A stretch of DNA of 64,000 nucleotides, taken from NCBI GenBank assembly GCA_963764165.1, contig CAVXRD010000004.1:723812-787811 (forward strand), read 5' to 3'. Origin of the DNA: an uncultured Verrucomicrobiae bacterium. GTDB lineage: Bacteria; Verrucomicrobiota; Verrucomicrobiia; Limisphaerales; Palsa-1400. Under the pieces are notes generated by a model. That model ran no database searches. It was not told the DNA's origin and saw nothing but the letters and a program-made list of their open reading frames with translations. The position numbers were made by a program, and so were the translations under genes. Below are positions 54,252-64,000 of the stretch, piece by piece. Each line of letters opens with the position of its first letter. Positions within the stretch are counted from its first letter, which is position 1.

Positions 54252-54491
54252 CTATTTCTTCCGTTCGAGCCAAAACCCAGGGCCACACACCCGATACGGA
54301 GAGCATGCCTCGATGATGCGCACACGTAACTTGGTGAGGCTCTGTTCAGGGTTTTCTTCCGCAAGCTGGATTGATGGTCTTGCCGCACGAAGTTCCCGCG
54401 CAATATCCGCTTTCCGTTTGCCGGACTTGATTCGCCATTTCTTTGCGAGGGCAGCCAAGTCGGATTCCTGAATTATGTTTCGTTTCCGCAT
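54252..54491 (-). CDS. Small HTH protein divergent from the integrase
   Basis: LAKKWRIKSGKRKADIARELRAARPSI, XRE-like. Confidence 0.65.
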   Translation of the reverse strand: MRKRNIIQESDLAALAKKWRIKSGKRKADIARELRAARPSIQLAEENPEQSLTKLRVRIIEACSPYRVCGPGFWLERKK

Positions 54492-54572
54492 TCCACGAGG
54501 GTGCATAAAGTTAGGTGAATTGCAAACTTTTTTCTTGCATGTTCAGTGTGTTTTTTGATAGGAAGTAGTGGT

Positions 54573-56084
54573 ATGAAGGAAAATAGTGCTCAGACGACGG
54601 TCGCGATTCCTGTTGCCATCTGGATTCGAGTGTCAACCGAAGACCAAGCCAAAGGAGAAAGCCCGGAGCGGCACGAGGCGCGTGCTCGGCTGTATGCCGA
54701 GGCCAAAGGCTGGAATGTCGTCCAGGTCTATCATCTTGAGGGCGTCAGCGGGAAATCAGTAACCGAGCATCCCGAGTGCCGCAAGATGCTTGAAGACGTT
54801 CGTTCAGGGCGGATTAAGGCTTTGATCTTCTCGAAGCTTGCGCGGCTGGCGCGAAATACTCGTGAATTGCTGGATTTCGCTGATATTTTTCGAGATTGCA
54901 ACTGCGACCTCATTTCGCTGCAAGAGTCGATTGACACATCGACCCCTGCTGGCCGCCTATTTTACACAATGATCGCTGCGATGGCCCAATGGGAGCGCGA
55001 GGAAACTGTTGAACGTGTCAAAGCATCAGTCGTCATTCGGGCCAAGCTCGGAAGCCCGCTCGGTGGCCCAGCCCCATTCGGATACCACTGGAAAGAGAAG
55101 AAGCTTGCGCCGCACCCGAGTGAAGCGCCTGTGCGCAAGCTGATATATGACCTGTTCCTTGAGCACAAGCGTAAGAAAACTGTCGTCCGGCTGCTGAACG
55201 ATGCAGGCCACCGCACGCGCAATGGAAGCCGGTTCACTGCCAAGACGGTGGGCAGGCTGCTGCAAGACCCCACCGCCAAGGGCATCCACCGAGCCAACTA
55301 CACCACTCGTGACGGCAAGGCCAAACGCTGGCACCTTAAGGACGAAAGCCATTGGGTTACGACGCCCGTTGATCCAATTGTCAGCACCGAGCTTTGGGAT
55401 CAATGCAATGCGATTTTGGAACAGACGACATGCGGCGAACGCCGAGCGACCAAGAAAGCGGTGCAACTGTTCGCTGGAATCGCCCATTGTGATTGCGGCG
55501 AGAAGATGTATGTGCCGGTCAATTCACCCAAATATGTTTGCCGAAAGTGCCGAAACAAAATTCCCGTCGTCGATCTCGAAGGTTTCTTTGCCGACGAAAT
55601 CAAGGCATTTTCCCTCTCGCCGGAGCAAATCAACGCTCACCTGTGCGAAGCGGACAAAACCATTGCGGAAAAAGAAGAGTTGCTCCGGCTGCAACTTGCC
55701 GACCAAAGGAAATTGCAGGGGGAGATAACGAACGTCTATCGGCTGTTTCAGGAAGGCCAGATCGATTCGAAGGGCTTCGGCAAATTTTATCAGCCTTTGG
55801 ACGAGCGCGGAAAACAATTGGAACAGAGCATCCCGAAGCTCCAAGCCGAGATTGACCTCGCGAAAGTGAATGGCGCATCAGCCGAGGAAGTGGTTTCCGA
55901 AGCCCGGAACCTCGCCGATCATTGGCCTCAGATGGACACCGCCGAAAAGCGCACCATCGTTGAAACAATCACCGAGAAGATCACCATCGGCAAAAAAGAC
56001 ATCGCGTTCAGCTTCTACTACCTCCCTCACGGGAAAGAAGTGACAAAAGGGTGGCGGAAGGGGTGGGATTCGAACCCACGTTAG
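54573..56084 (+). CDS. Large serine recombinase (integrase of the island); last codons overlap tRNA-Ser antisense
   Basis: WIRVSTEDQ, RLARN, PFGY, CDCG...CRKC and a coiled coil; ends WRKGWDSNPR. Confidence 0.93.
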   Translation: MKENSAQTTVAIPVAIWIRVSTEDQAKGESPERHEARARLYAEAKGWNVVQVYHLEGVSGKSVTEHPECRKMLEDVRSGRIKALIFSKLARLARNTRELLDFADIFRDCNCDLISLQESIDTSTPAGRLFYTMIAAMAQWEREETVERVKASVVIRAKLGSPLGGPAPFGYHWKEKKLAPHPSEAPVRKLIYDLFLEHKRKKTVVRLLNDAGHRTRNGSRFTAKTVGRLLQDPTAKGIHRANYTTRDGKAKRWHLKDESHWVTTPVDPIVSTELWDQCNAILEQTTCGERRATKKAVQLFAGIAHCDCGEKMYVPVNSPKYVCRKCRNKIPVVDLEGFFADEIKAFSLSPEQINAHLCEADKTIAEKEELLRLQLADQRKLQGEITNVYRLFQEGQIDSKGFGKFYQPLDERGKQLEQSIPKLQAEIDLAKVNGASAEEVVSEARNLADHWPQMDTAEKRTIVETITEKITIGKKDIAFSFYYLPHGKEVTKGWRKGWDSNPR

Positions 56085-56141
56085 GGTTTCCCCTAAGCCT
56101 GATTTCGAGTCAGGTGCCTTCAACCACTCAGCCACCCTTCC
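56052..56141 (-). tRNA. tRNA-Ser (CGA)
   Basis: GGAAGGGTGGCTGAGTGGTTGAAGGCACCTGACTCGAAATCAGG, long variable arm, GGTTCGAATCC and CCA end. Confidence 0.97.
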
Positions 56142-56319
56142 TTCGCTAGAAATGCAGCGCCATTATGTCGCACGGCCTCCCAAAAACCGCAAGCGGATTC
56201 GCTCACGGCAGAATGGCCACAGATGGGCAACGCGCCCAATTCATCCCCGCCACCGCCGCCATCGTTATCGCCTCGCTGTCGGCTCTCGTTGCGGGCTTTT
56301 TGATTGGGAAATTTCTGGT

Positions 56320-57382
56320 ATGAATGGACTGTCCCATTTTACGACGGAACTGTCTGCGTTGACGTCGCTCTTTTGGCGGCAATTGCTGCACGCGCCACTC
56401 TCGTGGAAACTGGCTGGATTGTTTGGCGTTGGCTTTTTTGTCGCCCTCTTTACCGCCCGCCGATCCGATCACAACCCCATTGTTCGGCTGAATGGGCTTT
56501 CTTGGTCACGAGACGATTTTTGCCGGGGCTGGCTGATAACCGGCGACACGGGTTCCGGCAAAACTCGCTCCGGTATCAACCAACTTCTGTTTCAAGTTTT
56601 TCAAAATGAACCGCGCTGGGGAGGACTCTGCATTGACGACAAGGGAATTTATTGGGAAACGCTGGTGGCGATGGCCAAGCACTTCAATCGCGAACGGGAT
56701 ATGGTTTTATTGCAGGTCAGACCAGACAACGCACGTTCGGACTGGAAACCAACCCAGACGTACAACCTGACTTCTGCCCCCGGCATTCCGTTCAGTACAT
56801 TTGCCAAATTCGTCGTGGATTCGGCCAGCAGCTTAGGGCAACAGAACGACAAAGGATTTTTCAAAAGCCAGGTCCAAACCCATCTCACCCTTGCATTGGA
56901 GTTGATCTACGAAATCGAGGGCGATGTGACGCTGGAAAACGCGCAGAACGTCTTGCTCGACCGCAAGGACATGGAGGAGGCGATGAAAACCCTGTCCGAA
57001 AGTCATCAGACCCAACGACGAATCGAGTTGCGTGACCATTTCATCAACCGCTACCTGAATCAGCCGCCCGAACAGATGGGCGGTGTCCGTGAGACCATTG
57101 GGAATTAATCTTCAAAGCCGCCGACGAACTAGGGGTGTTGACAGCGCCGATTTCCTGGGACAGAAAAAAGTCACCAAGCGGAGTTGGGGATATTCAAACG
57201 GCATGATGTCGCGCAATTACCACGAGCAGGAAGAGCACAAAATTAAGGCTTACGAATTAAGGCACATGAAAAAACACCAATGCGTCCTCACCCATTGCGA
57301 GAAGGGTTTCAAAAAATCCGTTCTTCCACCTTTGGAACCGGATGGGAAAATCTCCTCTTGGTACAAACGAAATTGGTTCTGA
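56320..57382 (+). pseudogene. Internally deleted TraG/VirD4-like coupling protein remnant
   Basis: TM helix plus GDTGSGKT and IDDKG, stop at 57108. A C-terminal piece (SADFLG...) follows in another frame. Confidence 0.65.
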
Positions 57383-57580
57383 GCCGATGCCCCTCCATTC
57401 GTGACACCGCGTTCAACATCATGGTAGGTCGTCTCGTCTCGGACATTCATCGGTGCCCAATAATTGAGTGAAAACGAACAGAATCTTGCAAAGGCCAATC
57501 TGGAAACGGAGCGCCAGTGCCGTTCAATACGCGATTGAACGGGAGGCGACCGGCGCTTTTCAACGCGAGGGAGGTCGAGC

Positions 57581-58982
57581 ATCAGCAAGCTGCGGGTATT
57601 CGTCAGTTCCGTTCAAAAGGAGTTGGAAATCGAGAGAGTTGCCATTGCCTCGCTCATCACCACCGATCCTTGTTTGTTGCAGCACTGCGAACCGGTTTTG
57701 TTCGAGAAGGAACCGGCCCCGGCCCGCAAATCGAGCCAGCCGTACCTGAAATGCCTCGAAAGCTGCCAAATTTACCTACTCCTCATTCACAAGGAATACG
57801 GCAAACCCGATGGTTCTTTGTCGGCCACTCACCACGAGTACCGGCGCGCACAGAAATTGGGCCTGCCTTCGCTCATTTTCATTAAGGGTGAAAGCCCTGT
57901 TGACGATGAGCGTGCGTCTGACACCAAGGCGTTTTTTGCCGAAATCCGAAAGGACAAGCACACGTACAAGCGGTTCCTGGATCGGTTGGACTTGCGGGCG
58001 GAGGTCCGCCGCGCCTTGCTTCAATTGCTCAAGGATGATTTTCAAATCGAGCCTTCCAGCGAGGAAGCCGCTGGCGGAAAGGAACTGATCGATGCTGCGT
58101 CCGCTTTTGAATCCACTCCGTTGAATGACATCCACTGGAAATCATTGGATGAGCAAATGGTTGGAGCCTTTGCAGCCAAAGTGGTGGAGAGTCCCGGTTT
58201 GCGTGTCTTCGATGAATCCGTATTCCAAGCGCTTCACTCTCGCGGCTTGCTTTGGCGCAAGGGTGAAAAGGGCGACCACGTTGCCACCGCCGCCGGTTTC
58301 CTGCTCTTTGGCGTCCGTCCGGGCGACCGTTACCCCCAATGCGAAATCCTCGTTGACGCCTACGCCGACACGAAAATCTCCGGCAAGCCGCGCGGACAGG
58401 TCAACATCAATGCCGCCTTACCCAAGGCCATTGACCAAATTCTCGAATTTGTGGCCAAACACACGTTTCACCCGGCTCGTGTCGTCGGCATCAATAATAT
58501 CGCGCTGGATGAATACCCGCAGCGGGCGCTCCGCGAAGCCCTCGTCAATGCCGTCGCACACCGCAATTATGAGGACGCCAGCCGCAAAATTGCCGTCCAA
58601 ATTTTTTCCGACCGCATTGTCGTGGCCAGTCCCGGTTATCCCCCATCGCCTCTGACGTTGGCAAAACTCCGTCGCGGCAACTATCGTCCTTGCTCTCGCA
58701 ATTCCGTGACTGCTCAAGCCCTTGCGACGATGAACCTCATGGAACAGCGTGGCAGCGGTTTTGCCCGAATGCGCGACACAATGCTCGACCACGGATTGGA
58801 CGCCCCTCTTTACGGTCAGCAAGACGGTTTTTTCGTCATCACCTTCCACGGCCCAAACGGCAATTACGAGCGGCTAAAATTGCCCGAAGGCGCAACCGGC
58901 TCTATCACTCCTGCTGTTGAAGCGCAGTTGAGTGCGCGCCAGCGGAAGATGGTGTCCATTATGGTCCGCGGAGAATCGCTTA
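57581..58982 (+). pseudogene. DUF4062 plus RecG-C/HATPase_c_4-like protein, C-terminally truncated
   Basis: KLRVFVSSVQKEL, EY..A, REALVNAVAHRNY and EQRGSG. The expected start reads ATC at 57581 after GGGAGG. The final wHTH is cut off where the convergent gene ends. Confidence 0.7.
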
Positions 58983-60482
58983 TCAGGTGCAATTATTCCA
59001 TTTCGTGGTATGCATGTTGCCGGTTTCCGCGAATGCGAGATGCATGCCGAAAGCGGAGCGAAGAGTCTGGGGGGAATGCGTGGTGCCGGCCACGGCCAGG
59101 TATTCGCGCAAGAGTTCGCGGTAATCTGGATGGACGCAGTTCCCAATGATGGCTGCGGCGCGTTCCGCCGGACATTTTCCGCGCAGGTCGGCGATGCCTT
59201 GCTCGGTGATGACAACCTGCACTGAGTGCTCGCTGCTGTCCAGATGGCTGACCATGGGAACAATCGTGCTGATTTTTCCGCCTTTGGCGGTGGATGGGCA
59301 AGTAAAGATGGAGAGGAAAGCGTTGCGGGCAAAATCGCCGGAGCCGCCGATGCCGTTCATCATGCTGCGGCCAAGGACGTGCGTGCTGTTGACGTTGCCG
59401 CCGATGTCCACCTCAATCGCCGTGTTAATGGAAATAATTCCCAGCCGGCGGACGATTTCCGGGCTGTTGCTGATTTCCTGCGGGCGGAGGAGAAGTTTGG
59501 GACGGAAATAATCCAGGTTGGCGTAAATATCGCGCAGAACCGGATTGCTGACAGTCAGGGAACAGCCGCTCGCGAAACGAACCTTGTCTTCTTTCACCAA
59601 CGCAATGACTGCGTCCTGAATGACTTCAGTGTACATGTCGAACGTGGGGATATCTGGATGGCTGCCCATGGCTTTGAGCACGGCGTTGGCGGTATCGCCG
59701 ACACCCGACTGAATGGGAAGAAAGGAGGCCGGGATGAGTCCGCGTTTAAGTTCAGTGGCGAGGAAGTTGGCCACATTTTCCCCGATGCGGGCCGTCGTTT
59801 CAGAGCTGTCCGCGAAGGAGCCAATCTCGTCCGGCAGATCGGTTTCGACAATGCCGGCGATTTTCTTCGGATTAACTTTGACTGTTAGCGAGCCGATGCG
59901 ATCGCTGGGGCGAAGAAGGGGCAATGGTTTGCGGTACGGCGGGTCTTCCGGTTGATAGTTGTCGTGGAAACCGCGAAGCTCCCGTGGGTGAAAGCGGTTT
60001 AATTCAATCAGGATTTTGTCCGCCACCTGGCAAAAAGTCGGCGCGGATCCGACGGATGAAGTGAGAGTGATCTCGCCGTCGGGCGTGACGTCGCAGGCTT
60101 CTATTACTGCCCAATGGACCGGCCCAAGGAACCCGTAGCGAACCGCCTGGGGCAACTGCGAGAGGTGCATGTCATAGAATTTGGTCCGCCCCGCGTTGAT
60201 GCTTTTGCGCAAGTCAGGATCATTTTGGTAGGGCGTTCGGAAAAGAATGGCGTCCGCCCGCGCAAGTTCGCCGTCAAGCGAATGGCCTGTGGAAGCTCCC
60301 GTGATCACGCCAATGCGAAACGGCTGTCCGGAATTTTTAATTGCGGTGGCGCGAGCGGCGATGGCTCTGGGAATTTCTTTTGGCGCGCCAGCAGGAGTAA
60401 AACCGCTGAAGGCAACGGTTTGGCCGTTTTGAATCTGCGCCGCGGCTTCGGCCGGGGTGAGGCGCGGGTATGAGTCTCTCAT
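58983..60482 (-). CDS. Acetyl-CoA hydrolase / succinate CoA-transferase family protein
   Basis: SGFTPAG, QSGVG, NSTHVLG..MMNGIGGSGDF and TEQGIADLRG. Confidence 0.93.
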   Translation of the reverse strand: MRDSYPRLTPAEAAAQIQNGQTVAFSGFTPAGAPKEIPRAIAARATAIKNSGQPFRIGVITGASTGHSLDGELARADAILFRTPYQNDPDLRKSINAGRTKFYDMHLSQLPQAVRYGFLGPVHWAVIEACDVTPDGEITLTSSVGSAPTFCQVADKILIELNRFHPRELRGFHDNYQPEDPPYRKPLPLLRPSDRIGSLTVKVNPKKIAGIVETDLPDEIGSFADSSETTARIGENVANFLATELKRGLIPASFLPIQSGVGDTANAVLKAMGSHPDIPTFDMYTEVIQDAVIALVKEDKVRFASGCSLTVSNPVLRDIYANLDYFRPKLLLRPQEISNSPEIVRRLGIISINTAIEVDIGGNVNSTHVLGRSMMNGIGGSGDFARNAFLSIFTCPSTAKGGKISTIVPMVSHLDSSEHSVQVVITEQGIADLRGKCPAERAAAIIGNCVHPDYRELLREYLAVAGTTHSPQTLRSAFGMHLAFAETGNMHTTKWNNCT

Positions 60483-60486
60483 AAAA

Positions 60487-61233
60487 TCAGTTCAGTTCTT
60501 TCAAATGCCGAACCTGGCAGGCTTGGTGCGACGTCGTTTCTCCGGTGTCGTTCAACAGAATCAGTTCACCGGCCCTTCCGATTCCGCCGAACATTCCGCA
60601 GCGCAATTCACCATCGAGATCAAGTTCAACCTTGCGCGGTTTTCCCCAGAGTTTGTTGACACGCGGAAGAATGGCCGCGAAGCCGTTCGGCCGCATGTCC
60701 TCCACCACGTCGCGCAAACGGCGGAGGACAATTTGCGTTAGAGTCCGCAGCGGCGGCGTTGAGGGAATCAAATCCGCCAGCCGCACCGTTTGATTTTTCA
60801 ACTCCGGGTCGCAATTTTCCGGGTGGTTGAGAACATTGATGCCAATGCCTGCCACTGCCGCGACCGGATGAAATCGCTCCACCAGGAGACCCGCCAGCTT
60901 TCGATCGTCGACAAGAATGTCGTTTGGCCAGCGCACGCGAAAGCGCTTCAAGCCGAGGCTCCGCAGGGAGTCGCACACGGCGAGCCCCACCGCCAGCGGC
61001 AATGCCGCGGCGTCCGCCCCGGCTGGCACCACGGCGGAAAGCCACAGGCCGCCTTCGTCGGAAACCCAGCCGCGCTGGAAGCGCCCGCGCCCCGCCGTCT
61101 GGCGATCGGCGCGCATCGCTTCCCAAACGGGAAGAGTCGCGGCGGCGAGATTTGTAGATGCGGTGACCGGGACTTCGTGAACGGCCCAGCCGTCGCTGAC
61201 GTACGTGGGTTCGGTTACAGCGGGGGTGATCAT
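60487..61233 (-). CDS. birA: Biotin--protein ligase (no HTH)
   Basis: STN, QTAGRGR, WPND, KLAGLL and GIGIN. Confidence 0.9.
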   Translation of the reverse strand: MITPAVTEPTYVSDGWAVHEVPVTASTNLAAATLPVWEAMRADRQTAGRGRFQRGWVSDEGGLWLSAVVPAGADAAALPLAVGLAVCDSLRSLGLKRFRVRWPNDILVDDRKLAGLLVERFHPVAAVAGIGINVLNHPENCDPELKNQTVRLADLIPSTPPLRTLTQIVLRRLRDVVEDMRPNGFAAILPRVNKLWGKPRKVELDLDGELRCGMFGGIGRAGELILLNDTGETTSHQACQVRHLKELN

Positions 61234-61237
61234 AATT

Positions 61238-61639
61238 CTAACTCAGCCGGATGAGCGCCTGGCCTTCGTCGACCGCGGAGCCAACCGTGGTCAGAATTTC
61301 GGCGACCGTGCCGGCCTTGGGCGAGTTGACAGAGGTGTTCATTTTCATCGCCTCGACCGTGAGAAGGTTGTCGCCTTCCTTCACGGCCTGGCCCACTTGA
61401 ACGGCGATGGCAATAATGCGGCCCGCCAGCGGGCTTTTGACATCGTCTGCGCCGTTGCCTGCGGGCGACGGTGTTGTTGTGACAGCAGATGGTGGGGGAG
61501 TCGCCGGCGCCACGAGCGCCGGGACAGGCGCGGAAATGGGAGGCAGCGCGGGCGCGGCCGATGCGCCATTTTCATCGGGCACTTCAACACTGACGTCGTA
61601 AGATTTGCCATCCACTGTTACACGAAGTTTCTTGATCAT
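61238..61639 (-). CDS. Biotin carboxyl carrier subunit
   Basis: EAMKM motif and Pro/Ala linker. Confidence 0.93.
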   Translation of the reverse strand: MIKKLRVTVDGKSYDVSVEVPDENGASAAPALPPISAPVPALVAPATPPPSAVTTTPSPAGNGADDVKSPLAGRIIAIAVQVGQAVKEGDNLLTVEAMKMNTSVNSPKAGTVAEILTTVGSAVDEGQALIRLS

Positions 61640-61657
61640 AACTTTTGTCGGCAATGG

Positions 61658-62083
61658 TTAACGAACTCTGTGGGACAAGAATTGTTCCACGCGGCCTTCG
61701 AGCGCCCAGACGTTCAGTTCGGGCGTGCGGACGCTGCCTTCCTGCACAGCGAGAACGCGATGGGGCCGGCCAATTACTACCGCAACCGCTGCCGCGATGA
61801 CAGCCAGGATTTCCGGAGCAACCGCTTCAGCCTTGCTTGATGCTTTCTTGACAGTCTCCGCCGCCGGGACTGTCATCGCGACGAGAGCGGGGGCGGGCGG
61901 CAGCGCTGGCGGAGGATTCACGACAATCTGAGGCGGCGGCGCCACCACTTGCGGCGGATTGACCGTGACGTTAACAACGGGCGGTGGAGTGACGGCTTGC
62001 TTTCTTTCCGTAGCCCAAATGTGGTAAATCAGAACCACCACCGCCGATATGATCAATTGGACAAGTATTGTTGTAATGCTCAT
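61658..62083 (-). CDS. OadG/MmdD-like small membrane subunit
   Basis: N-terminal TM, Pro-rich linker, LAVIAAAV and W..EGR. Confidence 0.7.
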   Translation of the reverse strand: MSITTILVQLIISAVVVLIYHIWATERKQAVTPPPVVNVTVNPPQVVAPPPQIVVNPPPALPPAPALVAMTVPAAETVKKASSKAEAVAPEILAVIAAAVAVVIGRPHRVLAVQEGSVRTPELNVWALEGRVEQFLSHRVR

Positions 62084-62088
62084 GGTGT

Positions 62089-63639
62089 TTAGAGCGGAAT
62101 GGTGCCGTGCTTTTTGGGCGGGCGCGTTTCGCGTTTGGTGAGTGTGCTGCGAAGAGCCATCGAAACTCGGGCGCGTGTTTCTGAAGGCGCGATGACATCG
62201 GTAATCATGGCTTTCTTGGCGGCTTCGTAGGGCGAGCAGAATTTCTCGCGATACTCTCTGACCAATTCCGCTTCCCTGGCTTTCGGATCCTTGGCGGCGG
62301 CGATTTCGCGCTTGAAGAGGATTTTCACCGCGCCTTCCGCTCCCATCACGGCGATTTCCGCCGTTGGCCATGCGAAGACGTAATCCGCGCCCATGTCGCC
62401 GCTGCACATGGCGAGATACGCGCCGCCGTAGGCTTTGCGCAAAATGACGGTGATCTTTGGAACGGTGGCGGAGGCGTAGGCGAAGAGCATTTTTGCGCCG
62501 TGGCGGATGATGCCGCCGCGCTCCTGCTGAACACCCGGCATGAAGCCGGGAATGTCCACCAGCGTCACCAGCGGGATGTTGAAGACGTTGCAGAAACGAA
62601 TGAACCGGGCGCCTTTGTCGGACGAATCGATGTCCAGCGTTCCGGCTTTCACTTCCGGATTGTTGGCGATGATGCCGACCACGATTCCCTGGATGCGCGC
62701 GAATCCAACCACGATGTTCCTGGCGAATTCCGCGTGGACTTCAAGCATTTCTCCGTTGTCAACCAAACGCGCGATGACTTTGTGAACATTGAGCGGCTCC
62801 TTGCTCGTCGCCGGCAGGAGGGCGTCCATCTCGGGATCGGCGCCCAAGTCAATGTCCTTGGCCGGTGATGCGGCGGGTCTTGCAGATTGTTCGAAGGGAG
62901 ATAGCTCAGCAGACGCCGCGCGATTTGGATCGCCTCGGTGTCATTGGCGGCGATGAAGTGGACGTTGCCGCTGACGCTGGCGTTGGCGGTGGCGCTGCCG
63001 ATTTCTTCCATCGTGCATTTCTGGCCGGTGACGGCCTGAATCACTTCCGGGCCGCAAATGAACATATTGGCCACGCCCTTGATCATGATGATGAAATCCA
63101 TCAACGCGGGCGAATATGCCGCGCCGCCCGCGCAAGGCCCGGCGATGATCGCGATTTGCGGCACCACGCCGGAAATCAGCACGTTCCGAAAAAATACTTG
63201 ACCATAAGCGGCGAGCGAATCGAAGCCTTCCTGGATGCGCGCCCCGCCCGAATCGTTGAAAGCGACCACGGGGCAGCCGGTTTTAAGCGCGTGATCCATC
63301 ACGTCGCAGATTTTTTTGGAGTGAATGCGTCCGAGCGCCCCGCCGCCGACGGTGAAATCCTGGCTGAAGGCCGCCACCTGCCGTCCATCCACAATCCCAG
63401 TGCCGGTGACGACGGCGTCAGCGGGGAGAGCCTTTTCCTCCAGGCCGAAGTTGTGGCAATCGTGCGTGGCGTGCAGGCCGGATTCCTGAAATGTCCCGGC
63501 CTGGAACAGCGTGTCAATGCGATCACGCGCGGTCATCACGCCCTTCTTCCGGCGGGCGTCCAATTTGTCCTGGCCGCCGCCGGCTTTGGCCGTGGCCCGC
63601 CTTTTTCTCGAGGTCTTCCAACAATGCTTTCTGTATCAT
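62089..63639 (-). CDS. Methylmalonyl/propionyl-CoA carboxyltransferase subunit; two apparent 1-nt frameshifts (~63604, ~62860)
   Basis: DSGGARIQEG, GPCAGGAAYSPAL, RKAYGGAY and KKHGTIPL. The pieces join on removing one base and adding one base. Confidence 0.9.
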
Positions 63640-63657
63640 AAATTCTCCGCGCGTTCC

Positions 63658-64000
63658 TTAGGAAGGTTTGGGCATGCACAATTCGGTAAGCACGCCGAAG
63701 GTGGATTTGGGATGAAGAAACGCGACCAATTTGCAGCCCGCGCCCTCCACCGGATTTTCGTTGATCAATCTCACTCCCGCGCCGGAAGCCTGCGCAAGCT
63801 GGCCTGCCACATCGCTGGAGCCAAACGCGACATGATGAATTCCGCCGGAAGGATTTTTTTCCAAAAACTTCGCGATGGGGCTGTCCGGGCTGGTGGGCTC
63901 GAGCAATTCCAAATGAACTTCACCGACTCGAAAAAAGGCGGTGCGAACTTTTTGCGAGGCAACTTCCTCGCGATGCTCGCATTTCAAGCCAAGCGCCTTT
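63658..64000 (-). CDS. mce: Methylmalonyl-CoA epimerase, 5' end beyond the window
   Basis: QKVRTAF, ELLEP, GIHHVAF and FLHPKSTFGVLTE; consistent gene context. Confidence 0.9.
   Translation of the reverse strand, partial: KALGLKCEHREEVASQKVRTAFFRVGEVHLELLEPTSPDSPIAKFLEKNPSGGIHHVAFGSSDVAGQLAQASGAGVRLINENPVEGAGCKLVAFLHPKSTFGVLTELCMPKPS

Larger units (their letters stand above)
8434..56064. mobile_element. Integrative element / genomic island (~47.6 kb) inserted at the tRNA-Ser 3' end
   Basis: 13-bp direct repeats at 8434..8446 and 56052..56064 match the tRNA 3' end. A serine recombinase abuts the tRNA. Mobilisation and defence genes lie inside; GH63 lies immediately left and the tRNA immediately right. 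Confidence 0.9.

Noticed and set aside
8434..56064. Prophage interpretation of the island
   Set aside because: No terminase, capsid, portal or tail genes were recognised.
58983..59149. C-terminal tail of the tracked 508-aa ORF
   Set aside because: Read-through into the antisense strand of the CoA-transferase after truncation.

Overview
The window has two stretches of host DNA either side of a ~47.6 kb integrative element. The left host stretch holds a multiheme cytochrome / cNMP-binding-4Fe-4S cluster and a GH63 glycosidase. The right host stretch holds a methylmalonyl-CoA epimerase / carboxyltransferase / biotin carrier / BirA / CoA-transferase cluster. The element (8434..56064) sits in the 3' end of tRNA-Ser(CGA) and is bounded by a 13-bp direct repeat, TGGCGGAAGGGGT. 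Its serine recombinase reads through the right att site, and an XRE-HTH ORF reads through the left att site in the same codon phase, so excision would create a recombinase-HTH fusion. The cargo comprises: a minimal type VII-like module (FtsK ATPase, three WXG100-like 'WxD' proteins, a WXG-like/kinase effector and a candidate immunity gene); a ubiquitin-like E2-E1 + JAB operon with a small His/Cys protein where CBASS has its cyclase; a nuclease-NTPase; a type IIG-like R-M gene; a HEPN-like gene; a decayed RHS toxin; a second serine recombinase module; IS66, IS1380 and IS4 elements; and a mobilisation region (two VirD4-like ATPases, Replic_Relax, primase, WGR-ligase, SymE-like, ArdC fragment) with no VirB4. 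All family calls come from reading motifs by eye, not from database searches. Several single-base frameshifts, including two in a core metabolic gene, suggest assembly indels.
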